A stretch of 64,000 nucleotides of DNA from Candidatus Xianfuyuplasma coldseepsis. GTDB lineage: Bacteria > Bacillota_I > Bacilli_A > Izemoplasmatales > Izemoplasmataceae. How positions within the stretch are numbered: the stretch's first letter is position 1; each line of letters opens with the position of its first letter. Both the position numbers and the translations under genes were made by a program. The DNA lies in NCBI RefSeq assembly GCF_014023125.1, contig NZ_CP048914.1, positions 708,698 through 772,697 on the forward strand, given 5' to 3'. The notes under the pieces are model-generated. The model searched no databases, was not told the origin of the DNA, and was given only the letters and a program-made list of their open reading frames with translations. Below, in pieces: positions 8,235-18,869 of the stretch.

Positions 8235-9420
8235 CCACTTTATCCATAAGGAACTTTACAGCAGATGTAACTGAGTTCAAATTGAATCTATGATTACTAT
8301 CATATGCATTTGGGATACTGAACACTGCTCCAGCATCAAGTAGTACTTTAGCAATAGCAAGTCCATCTTCAAAATTCACTTCTTCTAAGGCTAGATCTAG
8401 AGATTTCTTATCAACTATGTTGATCAATGCTTTGACAGCCATCAAGTCGTTTGCTTTTACTGCATCAATGATTCCATTGGACATCTGATGTTTGTTAAGA
8501 TTCATATTAGATACTCTATCTTGAACGTATGCTCGATCATTAATTTTCAAGAGATTCTCAACAGTCTTTAGATCATAGTTATCATATAGGAACTTAGCAC
8601 ACTCTGTAGCCTCATAATTAATCGCAAAGTCAAACATGTCCTTGTTCACATTATATTTGCTTCTATCGAGGAAGTACTTAAGAATATGTACTACATCTTT
8701 CTCTATTGCAACCTGAACTAGTTTAGGGACACCCCTGTCTCCCATTCTCACTAATCTTAATTCGGGAATAAGTTTTAATGTCTCGTCATTGGTACAAGCT
8801 AGAACGGCAGAAACGTATTCCTTCATATTCTCTGAGAGGTTTGCATACATGGGTAAAATTTTCTTACCTATTCTTAGCGAACCGCTTCTCTCTGATAATC
8901 TAGGTATCTCTAATTTACCATGATGATAACTAACAACATTGCCTTCTTCATCTTTTATCGGAGTACGGAAACTCGACTGTAGTAATTTCAAATCGTTGTT
9001 CTTAATAAGAAATGCAACAAATCGAGGATTGTTATTCAGTGACTCAATGATAAGTTGTTTAGAAAAGAGAAATTTGAATTTCTCTAAATCGTTACTCTCA
9101 ATACAATAGTCTAATAATGTCTTACCATTACTATCAGGCTGTTCAGGAGCCAAATCTGGATTGATTTTATCAATGTCTTGGTTATAAAACTTGCTTAACA
9201 TTGTTTCTCGCTCTGAACCAGCATATAGGATGTCATCCACTTTTACATCTAGAAACTCTGCAATCATCATTAGGTTCGAGATCTCAAATGAACTCTTACC
9301 ACTTAAATTCTGAGATACTGCTTGTTTGGATATACCAAGATAATCAGCCAAATTCTCTTGTGTATGTCCCTTTAATCTGAGTTGCTCTTTGATAAATTTT
9401 CCAATTTCAACTGTGTTCAT
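8218..9420 (-). CDS. XRE-family HTH protein with a large alpha-helical (possibly ankyrin-like) C-terminal domain
   Basis: The HTH is GHTQENLADYLGISKQAVSQNLSGKSSFEISNLMMIAEFL. Ankyrin-like segments include GLAIAKVLLDAGAVF. The start was set at ATG 9420 (MNTVEIGKF), 7 nt after AGGAGG. The track ORF starts further upstream. Confidence 0.6.
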   Translation of the reverse strand: MNTVEIGKFIKEQLRLKGHTQENLADYLGISKQAVSQNLSGKSSFEISNLMMIAEFLDVKVDDILYAGSERETMLSKFYNQDIDKINPDLAPEQPDSNGKTLLDYCIESNDLEKFKFLFSKQLIIESLNNNPRFVAFLIKNNDLKLLQSSFRTPIKDEEGNVVSYHHGKLEIPRLSERSGSLRIGKKILPMYANLSENMKEYVSAVLACTNDETLKLIPELRLVRMGDRGVPKLVQVAIEKDVVHILKYFLDRSKYNVNKDMFDFAINYEATECAKFLYDNYDLKTVENLLKINDRAYVQDRVSNMNLNKHQMSNGIIDAVKANDLMAVKALINIVDKKSLDLALEEVNFEDGLAIAKVLLDAGAVFSIPNAYDSNHRFNLNSVTSAVKFLMDKVDESED

Positions 9421-9445
9421 TTTGATTCCTCCTTTTGATAACTTC

Positions 9446-9474
9446 ATTATAGTCAAGTTGTGATTTATTTGTAA
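9446..9474 (-). promoter_or_regulatory. Promoter (TTACAA-17-TATAAT, minus strand) for the HTH/membrane gene pair
   Basis: The -10 is 9446-9451 and the -35 is 9469-9474, both read on the minus strand, about 20 nt upstream of the RBS. Confidence 0.45.
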
Positions 9475-9668
9475 GCAACTAATAGTTAATTTCTCCTTTA
9501 CAATATAAAAATGATACATAGTAAAGTAAACCACTCATTAACTTTCTTTTACTTAAGCGGTATTAAGACTATGTATCAAACTATTTCGGAAGTAAATTAC
9601 CCCTTATTTTTATTTTATCATTTTACAAAATAAAGTATAACAAAAATTTTCAAATGTCTCTTCTTGTT

Positions 9669-10766
9669 TTAGAATGGCAGATCATCTTCCGACACTTCAA
9701 TATAAACAGGTTTCTTTTCATTAATACGTACTTCAAGTAGTTTGTTTTGAAAAGAATGTATTAATGCATCCAATAATTCTTCATTTTTGTCTTTCAATGC
9801 TTCGTATATTTTATTTAAAACTTTGATATCTTCAACAGGAATTCCAACATTGCATTTAACTTTTATATCTAAGGAATCAAAAAGATCTTCAGCTCTAACA
9901 GAATGTTCAAACCAATTCCTTTTTATCAATATGTTTAGATTGTCTAAAATCTCTTTAATTGATGCAATACTAAATTCATTATAGACATTAAATCGGGGTT
10001 CAAAATGAACATCTCCATTCCAAATTTCTAATCTATCATAAAATATACTTACCATACTATCTAAAGCCTGTTGTCTCAACTCATCATAATTAATCTCTGG
10101 TTTAGTTTTATCTAAAGGAGATTCTTCGATGGAATCTTTGTTTTCTTCATCGTAATCAATGGTTATTTGAAGTTCTTTCTCTAGCTTATTAAGCTGCCCT
10201 CCATCTATTATTGACATTGAAAAATTAGTTTCATCTAGAAACTCAGTTTTCAAAGCATTAGAGTTGTTTAGAAATCCTTTGTCGGATGTTATAAAGTATA
10301 GGTTTTGATATTTCTTCATTTCAAAGTACTCTAGAAGACTAATCCATATCATACTATCTTTAAAACCTTTGTCGCTTGCATTCTCATTGCTGTTGAAAGG
10401 TGGTAACTTATATCGATCTCTTTCAAGTAACTTGTCAAGCATCTTTTTCTTATTGTAGCTGATAACTTTATCCTTAAAATGATGATCAATATATTTATCA
10501 AGTGACTTCTCATAAAGTATTATCTTGTCTTCAAGATTTACTTTATTATTTATCTCAACATACTCTACTAACTCTTCTTTTAGTACCTCTATTTTTTCAT
10601 AAGATTTTTTTATGTCTCTTGCTTTAATGTTCTTAATCTCTTTAACAACAATTTCAGGGACAAAAACATCATATTGTTTTTTACACTCTACTATAAATCT
10701 TGTTATGTAATTGTCCTTTCGTTGTTCTATTAGAAAATTTGTATCTATTACAATAGCATTTTCCAT
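9669..10766 (-). CDS. PIN-like nuclease domain protein (N-terminal PIN-like, roughly 190-aa uncharacterised C-domain)
   Basis: An N-terminal IVIDTNFLI acidic motif, and a later FITSDKGF motif typical of the last PIN strand. 365 aa. Confidence 0.5.
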   Translation of the reverse strand: MENAIVIDTNFLIEQRKDNYITRFIVECKKQYDVFVPEIVVKEIKNIKARDIKKSYEKIEVLKEELVEYVEINNKVNLEDKIILYEKSLDKYIDHHFKDKVISYNKKKMLDKLLERDRYKLPPFNSNENASDKGFKDSMIWISLLEYFEMKKYQNLYFITSDKGFLNNSNALKTEFLDETNFSMSIIDGGQLNKLEKELQITIDYDEENKDSIEESPLDKTKPEINYDELRQQALDSMVSIFYDRLEIWNGDVHFEPRFNVYNEFSIASIKEILDNLNILIKRNWFEHSVRAEDLFDSLDIKVKCNVGIPVEDIKVLNKIYEALKDKNEELLDALIHSFQNKLLEVRINEKKPVYIEVSEDDLPF

Positions 10767-10865
10767 TATATCTCTCCATCCAAGCCTAATTTAAGTATTT
10801 TCATAAACCAGTTCAATCGTTTCACAATGTACTAGTCTTATGAATTTATACTACCTAGCCTTCTT

Positions 10866-11327
10866 CTATTTTCTTTTCACCCATTTTGCCTCACCCTTTT
10901 TTTTAAAGAGTGTAATAAAATATGATTCAACTGCCGGTGCCATCCAATGTGGTTCTATCAAAAAAGATTTATAATATACAAACCTACTAGGAATTGGCAA
11001 AGTCATTATATAGTCATAGATTTTCTTTATGCAAGATTTTGTTTTTGCTTGAGTGTTTTGCACAATGTGAGACTTGATACGTGTGTTAATACCCTTTTTA
11101 TTTTCCTTCTTACCAATATATTGACACCTACCAAGGTTATCAAATATAAAATAGATGTTATTAGAAGAAGGTTCCAAGACCTTTGTATCTTTTCGTTTCA
11201 ATACTTGGTATCTTTTTGGTTTGTTGTAAACCATTCTTTTGAATTTAGATGGATTTTGAATGTCGTTTTCGATTGTGTCGAGAACGTTCTTTATACATGC
11301 AAAACCACTGAAATTGTAATCGGCCAT
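10866..11327 (-). CDS. Small GIY-YIG-like nuclease domain protein
   Basis: NIYFIFDNLGRCQYIGKKENKKGINTRIKSH matches the GIY-x9-YIG-x8-R-x3-H layout. A downstream ESYFI glutamate is present. RBS GAGGT. Confidence 0.5.
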   Translation of the reverse strand: MADYNFSGFACIKNVLDTIENDIQNPSKFKRMVYNKPKRYQVLKRKDTKVLEPSSNNIYFIFDNLGRCQYIGKKENKKGINTRIKSHIVQNTQAKTKSCIKKIYDYIMTLPIPSRFVYYKSFLIEPHWMAPAVESYFITLFKKKGEAKWVKRK

Positions 11328-11346
11328 AAACTACCTCTTCTTAATA

Positions 11347-12162
11347 CTAAAAATCTGCACTTATATGTGAAAGAGAAATTATTTTGGTTAGCAACAAATC
11401 AATAGACTCCTCTTTATACTTTCTTTCTTTCGACCAGTCTCTAATCTTCTTTATGAGAATTTCAATATCGCTTTTATTATCAACAATAATATATTCAATA
11501 TCTTTAATATCAAGTTTTAACTTGAAGGCACTTTTTAAGTCATCACGAATATCTTTGTTGAACAGGTTCATCTGTTCTTCCCAAATGAACAAACTTTTGC
11601 CTGTCGTATCTTCAAACACATTCTTATTCGGTACGAATCTCCATTCATTTTCTAGATAGTACCTAGTAACCTTATCATCTTTCCTGATTATCATTGGTTT
11701 TGAATAAGTTTTCATCAATCTTAGGTAGTTTAGAGCATTTGTTTGTAGATATAAAGAATCTCCATCTAGTACCTCTTTAGACATTTGATATTCTCTTGAA
11801 TCTGTCACTTTTGCCACCAATAATCTCATCTCAGTGTATATAGGCATCTCTGAGCTATAATACCAAAGTGGGGTCAACCCATTATGCAAACCCCAAGATT
11901 GCTTCATTCCAATGGCAATTCCACCATATTTTGTTTTGTGTTCTTTTATGCTTGTTAATGGGATATCACAAAAGCATACCATTGGGAAGGTACTCGATCC
12001 TAGTTCATCTATTAATTCAGAATCAAATAATTCTTCCTCAAACCCAAATAAATCATCAATTTGTTCTTTATTATAGAAGGGTATAAATCCATGTTCTAAA
12101 ATACTTATAATAGTGTCTATATCTCTTGTAAAATGAAACAATGAGTTAGTTTTATAAGCCAT
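11347..12162 (-). CDS. AbiGi-like abortive-infection family protein (tentative). Its start overlaps the hsdR stop.
   Basis: The N-terminus [29 protein letters not shown] resembles the AbiGi family N-terminus as I recall it. ATG 12162 is preferred because it has a GAGGT RBS. It overlaps the hsdR 3' end by about 11 nt. Confidence 0.4.
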   Translation of the reverse strand: MAYKTNSLFHFTRDIDTIISILEHGFIPFYNKEQIDDLFGFEEELFDSELIDELGSSTFPMVCFCDIPLTSIKEHKTKYGGIAIGMKQSWGLHNGLTPLWYYSSEMPIYTEMRLLVAKVTDSREYQMSKEVLDGDSLYLQTNALNYLRLMKTYSKPMIIRKDDKVTRYYLENEWRFVPNKNVFEDTTGKSLFIWEEQMNLFNKDIRDDLKSAFKLKLDIKDIEYIIVDNKSDIEILIKKIRDWSKERKYKEESIDLLLTKIISLSHISADF

Positions 12163-15100
12163 ATTGTACCTCATTTTCACACACCAATTCAGTTTGTTCC
12201 ATAATCAATTTCACTGATCGATCGTAGTTGTTTGGGTCTGTTGGATCATCTGGTGGATACTTGTATTTCTTAAGTAGCACTTTGATTTCGAATCTCATTT
12301 TAGCTCTAACTGAATCTCTAATGTTCCAGTCTACGGTAGTGCTTGCTTTAATTTTAACAGTTAGCTCTTTGGCAATATCTTTGAGGACATCAATACCCAT
12401 TACCTCTTGAGCCTTGATGTTTGATGCAAGTGCTTGATAGAATGCATATTCATCTTCAGTGAGTCCAGATTCTTTACCAGCTTCAGCAGCTTTAGTAATA
12501 TCTTTTGCTAAGGCTATCAATTCTTCAATGACTATAGTAGAATCAATAAGTCTCTTGTGATATTTAGCTAGGGAATCCTCTAACATTTCAGAGAACAATC
12601 TTGACTGAACCACTGTTTTGCGTGAAAATGCTCTGATCTTACCTTGGATAAGACGTTTGAGAAGTTCAACTGCAACATTCTTATGATCCATGTTCTTGAA
12701 CTCTTCTAAGAACTCATCTGATAGGATAGAGATATCAGGTTTAGCTAAACCTATTTCAGACATAATATCTATAACCTTGTCAGATTTTAAGGACTTAGAA
12801 ATCAATTGATTCAACTCTCTATCGAGTTGGTCTCTTGATTTCTTTTTATTGTTATCAGTAGTAAGTTTGATAATTCCCGCTCTTACAGACTTATAGAAAC
12901 CTATCTCAACATTGTGCTTCTCTGCTGTTTCAGTAGTAGCACAAAGAGAGTAAGCTTTTGTGAGTTCTGAAGTTAGTTTGATATAATCTTCTTTTCTCTT
13001 AATCGATAAACCAACAATATAGTCTATTGTAGCCATAATGATTTTGAGTTTATCTGTCTGTCTACCTTTGAAATATAGAGAGTAGTCGAACCCATGAAGT
13101 AATTCTCGCACCAGTTCCAGTTTCTCCATCATAACAGAAACAGCTAGTTCTGTATCTACTCCAGTTTGTTCTCTATCACTATCTGTATATTGAGATAGAG
13201 CTTTTTTAAGACTTTCTGCAATACCTATATAGTCAACAATAAGTCCACCTTGTTTCTCTTTAAACACACGATTCACTCGTGCGATTGCTTGCATTAAGTT
13301 ATGTCCTTGCATAGGTTTATCAACATACATGGTATGTAAACTTGGAACATCAAATCCTGTAAGCCACATATCACGTACTATTACGAGTTGTAGTTCATCG
13401 TCATTGTCTTTCATACGTCTAGATAATGTATCTCTAGTTTGTTTATTACCGATATGTGTTTGCCAATGCTCAGGATCTGAAGAACTACCTGTCATAACGA
13501 CTTTTATTTTACCTTTCATCAACTCATCTGAAAGCCAATCAGGCCTTAGTGCAATAATTGCATCATGTAGTTCAACAGCAATTCTACGACTCATAGCTAC
13601 GATCATACCTTTTCCAACTTCGGTTTCCATAGAAGCTTGACGTTTTTCAAAATGTTCTACAAGATCTTTAGCTACAACCTTAATTCTAGGTTCAGCTCCA
13701 ACAATTGCTTCTAACCGTGCCCATTTACGTTTGAGACCTTCTTTTTGGACATCTTCTTGGTATTCGGTTATATCATCATAATTCTCATCTATAAGCTCGT
13801 ATTCTTCAGTGAAGTCAATTCTCGCTATGCGGCTTTCGTAGTAGATTTTAACGGTTGTTCCATCTTCCACTGCACGGGTCATATCATAGACGTCAATATA
13901 GTCTCCAAAGACTGCTCTTGTGTTCTTGTCAGTAGTTTCTATTGGTGTACCAGTAAAACCAATATATGAGGCATTTGGAAGGCTGTCACGCATGTGTTTG
14001 GCATAGCCATACTTCTCATATGCCTCTTCTTTTGTTTTTACAACTTCAGCTTTAAAACCATACTGGCTTCGATGTGCCTCATCAGCCATAACAATAACGT
14101 TCTTACGTTCTGTTAAAGGTGTCACTAACCCTTCTTCGTTAGGAGCAAACTTATGTATAGTAGTAAAGATGATACCTCCTGAATCTCTACCATCTAATAG
14201 TTCTTTTAGATGGTCTCTTGATTCTGCTTGTTGTGGATAGGAACGTAATAAATCTTTTGACTTAGAGAACGTAGAGAACAATTGATCATCTAGATCATTT
14301 CGATCTGTTATTACAACAATAGTTGGATTTGATAGTTCTTGTGAGATTACCATCTTACCAGCATAGAAGACCATAGATAGTGATTTACCACTACCTTGTG
14401 TATGCCATATAACTCCAATACGTCTATCCCCATCTTCACTAGTAGCAGTATAAGTGCTTTCTAATGCAGTATTCACAGCATGGTACTGATGGTATCCAGC
14501 TAATATCTTATTGTAGTCATTGTTGTTCTCTTGGAACAAGATGAACTGTTTGATAATATCCATAAAGATATCTTTACGGAACATACCTTTTAGTAAGGTT
14601 TCTAGTTGAGGTAATACTTTAGGAGCAATATTAATACCATCTATTGTACGCCAAGACATATACCATTCTTCATTTGAAGTAATCGTACCAGCTTTAGCTA
14701 CGTGTCCATCACTAATAACATTGAATGCGTTGTAGACAAATAAATTACTAATAGATTTTTGATAGTTCTTGATTTGTCTGTAAGCATGATGAACTGTCAC
14801 CTTCTCATCCGAAGGTGTTTTAAGTTCGAAGACAACCAATGGTAAACCATTGACAAAAAGAACTATATCAGGACGTTTTTCAACTCTGTTCTCAACAACA
14901 GTGAATTGATTCACAGCAAGGAAGTCATTGTTCTCAATATTCTCAAAGTCAAAGAGTTGGATGTTTGGATATACTGTGCTTCCATCCTCTTCTTTATGTA
15001 GGACAGTAACTCCCTCATTAATCATCTTATGAAAGGCATGATTATTAGCAATCAAAGATACTTGTTTAGGAATGGTGATCTCTCTAATCGCATCTTCAAT

Positions 15101-15304
15101 GACTTGTCTTGGAACTGTATCATTAATACGAAGAAGCGCTTCTCGTAAGCGCTCAATTAATATTACTTCTTCATATGAATCCCTTTCAGGATATTCCCCG
15201 TCAAATGAGATATTAGGACCAAACTCAATATTGTATCCTAATTCTTCTAGCCACTGTAAAGCAGCTTCCTCTACATCCGACTCATAAAATACTTTTACTC
15301 CCAT
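12152..15304 (-). CDS. hsdR: Type I restriction enzyme R subunit (HsdR)
   Basis: About 1050 aa with a DEAH box ([10 protein letters not shown]) and SF2 helicase motifs. Operon position after hsdM/hsdS. ATG at 15304 with a GAGGGG RBS. The track start at 15319 is a TTG. Confidence 0.9.
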   Translation of the reverse strand: MGVKVFYESDVEEAALQWLEELGYNIEFGPNISFDGEYPERDSYEEVILIERLREALLRINDTVPRQVIEDAIREITIPKQVSLIANNHAFHKMINEGVTVLHKEEDGSTVYPNIQLFDFENIENNDFLAVNQFTVVENRVEKRPDIVLFVNGLPLVVFELKTPSDEKVTVHHAYRQIKNYQKSISNLFVYNAFNVISDGHVAKAGTITSNEEWYMSWRTIDGINIAPKVLPQLETLLKGMFRKDIFMDIIKQFILFQENNNDYNKILAGYHQYHAVNTALESTYTATSEDGDRRIGVIWHTQGSGKSLSMVFYAGKMVISQELSNPTIVVITDRNDLDDQLFSTFSKSKDLLRSYPQQAESRDHLKELLDGRDSGGIIFTTIHKFAPNEEGLVTPLTERKNVIVMADEAHRSQYGFKAEVVKTKEEAYEKYGYAKHMRDSLPNASYIGFTGTPIETTDKNTRAVFGDYIDVYDMTRAVEDGTTVKIYYESRIARIDFTEEYELIDENYDDITEYQEDVQKEGLKRKWARLEAIVGAEPRIKVVAKDLVEHFEKRQASMETEVGKGMIVAMSRRIAVELHDAIIALRPDWLSDELMKGKIKVVMTGSSSDPEHWQTHIGNKQTRDTLSRRMKDNDDELQLVIVRDMWLTGFDVPSLHTMYVDKPMQGHNLMQAIARVNRVFKEKQGGLIVDYIGIAESLKKALSQYTDSDREQTGVDTELAVSVMMEKLELVRELLHGFDYSLYFKGRQTDKLKIIMATIDYIVGLSIKRKEDYIKLTSELTKAYSLCATTETAEKHNVEIGFYKSVRAGIIKLTTDNNKKKSRDQLDRELNQLISKSLKSDKVIDIMSEIGLAKPDISILSDEFLEEFKNMDHKNVAVELLKRLIQGKIRAFSRKTVVQSRLFSEMLEDSLAKYHKRLIDSTIVIEELIALAKDITKAAEAGKESGLTEDEYAFYQALASNIKAQEVMGIDVLKDIAKELTVKIKASTTVDWNIRDSVRAKMRFEIKVLLKKYKYPPDDPTDPNNYDRSVKLIMEQTELVCENEVQYGL

Positions 15305-15308
15305 TTCA

Positions 15309-16634
15309 TCACCCCTCAATAGGTACTTCTATCTCTCCACTCATTAGTTTTGGTAATAGTGTATCTCTAGTTATGGTTAACACTTCATTCTCTTTACCAT
15401 TCTGCTGTATTTGTTCATAAGTATCCAAATAAAAACTAGCTAGTCTGTCTATCCATTCTTTGTTTGGGATTACAATCTTGTATTCATTCAATATAAACTT
15501 CAAATCAAAATTCTTTATTCCAGTAGTCCCATTCTCATAATTGAAGAAAACATTATTGTTATACAAGTATTCAAAAGTAAGACTTATATAAGGTGATAAA
15601 TTTATGTCTTTTGGCTCAATAGCTCTACAAAAATTAGTGCATATAACCTTATCATTATATCTATGTATAAATTCTTTTGATATCAAAGCTGTTCTACCAG
15701 TCGACTGTTTAGGACTTCCCCCCGATATCTCAACTACTATATCTCCAGCTTTCAATTTCTTCTTGAGAAAGTTCTTATTAAGTATATATCTGGTTGGGCA
15801 TTTTCCTTTATCCCCAACTTTGATTGAGTTTATATCTGCACCTCTAATACACACAACTTCAGAAGTATAGTTACCAGTTATTGCTTCTTTACCCCAGTCA
15901 CCTGCAATCGTTGTAGCTACAAGATCTCCTAGACTCCCGACTTCCCATCCTCTAGGAATTAATCCCAAGTCACTTTCTATCATTTCTCCACCACTAGATT
16001 TATATGGTTCTCCATCTTCATTAGGATACTCAAAATCAACAAACCATTGTTTATATAATGCTTGTGCCATTTCTTCAAGGTTCTTATTGATTTTGTTGTT
16101 AAGTTCTATTTTGTCATCAAGTGATGATAAGATGTTTGATATTGTTTTTTGTTCCGCTAAAGGTGGTAAAACAACATTAATATTTTTAATGTTTTTTATA
16201 GGTAATTTTGCTTGTACCGCCCCTACAGTTCCCATTCTAATTTCTTGAATACCATTGGGTGAGTTCAAGTAATAATAAAGAAATCTATAGTCAATTTTCT
16301 CAGAATGATTTGTTAATTTAACGCAATTTTCTGTCAAACTTGCATTATCCAATGTTTTACCTACTATACCCGTTAAACCTATAGTCCCAACTATGGATAA
16401 TAGTACATCTTTATAATTAGTAATGTACCGTGAAATATTACTAAATGTCTCCTCAATAATATATTGAATCCCATCAAATTTCTCAAGTTTTGTAATATTA
16501 TTCAAATCTCGCACACGAATATATGGATGTGTAGTTTTATAATCTACTAAAGAATGTCCTTTAGGTAATCTCTTCCCGCCCTTTATCTCAACTATTTCTT
16601 CTAATTTTACATTTCTCCAATCATCATAACTCAT
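15309..16634 (-). CDS. hsdS: Type I R-M specificity subunit (HsdS), two TRDs
   Basis: Conserved central [14 protein letters not shown] and C-terminal LLPKLMSGE motifs. Overlaps hsdM and abuts hsdR. Confidence 0.9.
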   Translation of the reverse strand: MSYDDWRNVKLEEIVEIKGGKRLPKGHSLVDYKTTHPYIRVRDLNNITKLEKFDGIQYIIEETFSNISRYITNYKDVLLSIVGTIGLTGIVGKTLDNASLTENCVKLTNHSEKIDYRFLYYYLNSPNGIQEIRMGTVGAVQAKLPIKNIKNINVVLPPLAEQKTISNILSSLDDKIELNNKINKNLEEMAQALYKQWFVDFEYPNEDGEPYKSSGGEMIESDLGLIPRGWEVGSLGDLVATTIAGDWGKEAITGNYTSEVVCIRGADINSIKVGDKGKCPTRYILNKNFLKKKLKAGDIVVEISGGSPKQSTGRTALISKEFIHRYNDKVICTNFCRAIEPKDINLSPYISLTFEYLYNNNVFFNYENGTTGIKNFDLKFILNEYKIVIPNKEWIDRLASFYLDTYEQIQQNGKENEVLTITRDTLLPKLMSGEIEVPIEG

Positions 16635-18111
16635 AACCTATTCCCCTTAAGTTCTCCTTGATTTTTTCCTCAAGAGATTTAGATTCTTCAAATAGGTCTG
16701 ATAATTCTGAAGTAAGTCTATCCATTTTCTCTTCAAATGGAATACCATCATCTTCCTCTTCTTCAATACCTACATAACGTCCAGGAGTTAAAACATAGTC
16801 ATGTAACTTAATTTCTTCAATTGTAGATGATTTGCAGAATCCATCAACATCTTCATAATTTTCTTCATTTTTCCAATTATGGTAAGTAGTGTAGATTTGT
16901 TCTATCTCTTCATCTTTTAATTCTCTATGTTTTCGCGTTTCCATATATCCCATTTTACGAGCATCTATAAATAATACTTTATCTTTTCTACCGTTCTTAT
17001 TTTTGGAAACAAACCATAAGGATACAGGAATAGCCACATCATAGAATAGTTGTGAAGGCATAGCTACAATACAGTCTACTAATCCTTCTTCTAGGATTGA
17101 TTTACGGATATCGTACTCCTCACTTCTTGATGTTGATAAAGAACCATTAGCTAAAACAAATCCAGCAGTACCTCTTGGACTTAATTTACTTATCATATGT
17201 GAAATCCATGCATAGTTCGCATTTGTTTTTGGTGGAACTCCCCATTTCCATCTAACATCATCTAATAAATGAGGTTGTCCCCAGTCTTTAATATTAAAAG
17301 GTGGATTGGCTAATATATAATCTACTTTCAATGTTTTATGTTGATCGTTAGTAAATGTATCTCCATCTCTTTCACCAAGATTTGCATCAAGTCCTCTGAT
17401 TGCAAGATTCATTTTTGCTAGTCTCCATGTAGTAGCTACATATTCTTGTCCGTAAATTGAGATATCACCAAGTCTACCTTGATGTTCTTCAACAAACTTT
17501 GCAGATTGCACAAACATACCACCACTACCACAACAAGGGTCATATACTCTACCTTTATAAGGTTCAATCATATTTACTAATAATTTAACAATACTGGGTG
17601 GTGTATAAAACTCACCTTCCGTACTACCAAACTTCTTAAGGAAGTACTCATATACTCTACCTAACACATCTTTAGCTCTTGCTTCCTTACTTCCTACGTT
17701 AAAAGAGAATAGGTCTACCAACTCACCTAATCGTGTCTTATCTAGAGCTGGTCTTGCATAGTTCTTAGGTAAGACATTTTTTAATGGAACATTCTCACGC
17801 TCAATAAGGATCATTGCATTATCGATTACTTGTCCGATAGTAGGTTGTTTCGCTTGTGACTTAATATAATCCCATCTAGCTTCTTTCGGTACGAAGAATA
17901 CATTCTCAGACTCGTATGCATCTCGATCTTCTTCCATACCAGGATAGACTTGCTTCACTTCGTTATATCGTTCTTCAAAGGAATCAGAGATGTACTTCAA
18001 AAAAACAAGCCCCAATATAACGTGTTTATATTCAGAGCTTTCAATATTACCCCTTAACTTATCTGCCATTTCCCACAGTTTATTCTCGAATCCTAAATTT
18101 ACTTTTGCCAT
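16624..18111 (-). CDS. hsdM: Type I R-M N6-adenine DNA methyltransferase (HsdM)
   Basis: NPPFN catalytic motif and the HsdM N-terminal domain. 495 aa. Confidence 0.9.
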   Translation of the reverse strand: MAKVNLGFENKLWEMADKLRGNIESSEYKHVILGLVFLKYISDSFEERYNEVKQVYPGMEEDRDAYESENVFFVPKEARWDYIKSQAKQPTIGQVIDNAMILIERENVPLKNVLPKNYARPALDKTRLGELVDLFSFNVGSKEARAKDVLGRVYEYFLKKFGSTEGEFYTPPSIVKLLVNMIEPYKGRVYDPCCGSGGMFVQSAKFVEEHQGRLGDISIYGQEYVATTWRLAKMNLAIRGLDANLGERDGDTFTNDQHKTLKVDYILANPPFNIKDWGQPHLLDDVRWKWGVPPKTNANYAWISHMISKLSPRGTAGFVLANGSLSTSRSEEYDIRKSILEEGLVDCIVAMPSQLFYDVAIPVSLWFVSKNKNGRKDKVLFIDARKMGYMETRKHRELKDEEIEQIYTTYHNWKNEENYEDVDGFCKSSTIEEIKLHDYVLTPGRYVGIEEEEDDGIPFEEKMDRLTSELSDLFEESKSLEEKIKENLRGIGYEL

Positions 18112-18128
18112 AATTAGTACCTTCCTCT

Positions 18129-18488
18129 CTATTTATATACTTCCCTTAAAGATTTTCCTTTGCTATTTACTATTTCATCCCATGCTTTTGTAGTTATGTA
18201 CCCTAAAAAAATACATGCAGCTCTATTGGGTGATGAAAAAACCTCATCAGTTTGTAATTCGTAATAGTTTTGATCATACTCTTGAAGAACCCCTTTGTTT
18301 AGTAAATCTCTTCTTGAGCGTTCAATCCAATTACAGTCAGTCCATTTTTTAGTAATTATAGGTTCTCTTTTCATCAAGGAGCCTTTATGTACTATAACTT
18401 CATTATCTTTACCTTTGGTTTCTCCCGTACCTATATAACTTATAGTAGCAATTAACATACCTTTGTTATTTTTTAGATAAAAATCCAC
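18129..18488 (-). CDS. Small protein leading the hsd operon, DUF4357-like (tentative)
   Basis: 119 aa. The C-terminal VFSSPNRAACIFLGYITTKAWDEI resembles, from memory, the DUF4357 motif seen upstream of hsdM genes. GTG start with a GGTGGTGAG RBS. Confidence 0.4.
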   Translation of the reverse strand: MDFYLKNNKGMLIATISYIGTGETKGKDNEVIVHKGSLMKREPIITKKWTDCNWIERSRRDLLNKGVLQEYDQNYYELQTDEVFSSPNRAACIFLGYITTKAWDEIVNSKGKSLREVYK

Positions 18489-18528
18489 TTAACTCACCAC
18501 CATCTTATTCAGGTTCTTTTCAATTAAA

Positions 18529-18557
18529 ATTATATCAAAAAATGAACGTAAGTTAAA
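18529..18557 (-). promoter_or_regulatory. Putative promoter of the hsd operon (extended -10 TGaTATAAT on the minus strand, weak -35 TTTAAC)
   Basis: Reverse complement ...TTTAAC-17-TATAAT, about 40 nt upstream of GTG 18488. Confidence 0.35.
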
Positions 18558-18706
18558 TAGCTAGTATAAATGAATAATTGCAAGTCTGCAGAAACGTCAT
18601 TGTTAAGCCATCTATCCATTAAATCCCTATCGAAACCTTCCGTATACCAAGATCAGACTGGATTACATATATACTATAGAGTCTGAAAGCTATCTCAAAT
18701 ACGGCA

Positions 18707-18735
18707 TGGACAAACCTGATCCTGCCGCGTATAAT
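18707..18735 (+). promoter_or_regulatory. Promoter TGGACA-17-TATAAT directed toward the serine recombinase gene (about 130-nt leader)
   Basis: -35 at 18707-18712 and -10 at 18730-18735. Confidence 0.45.
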
Positions 18736-18869
18736 GTGGTACACAAATGAAATAAACCACTAATTTTTGCCCTCTCAATTATACTGAGCATTAATTAGTG
18801 AATTAATTCTAATTTGTTGTTGAGTGCACTATAAAAGGATAAATGCACACCATAAAGGAGGGTATCTAA

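Noticed and set aside
13329-15287. Short plus-strand ORFs inside hsdR and hsdS (13329-13640, 13745-13969, 15072-15287, 15604-15870)
   Set aside because: They are antisense to conserved Type I R-M genes and have no RBS or motifs.
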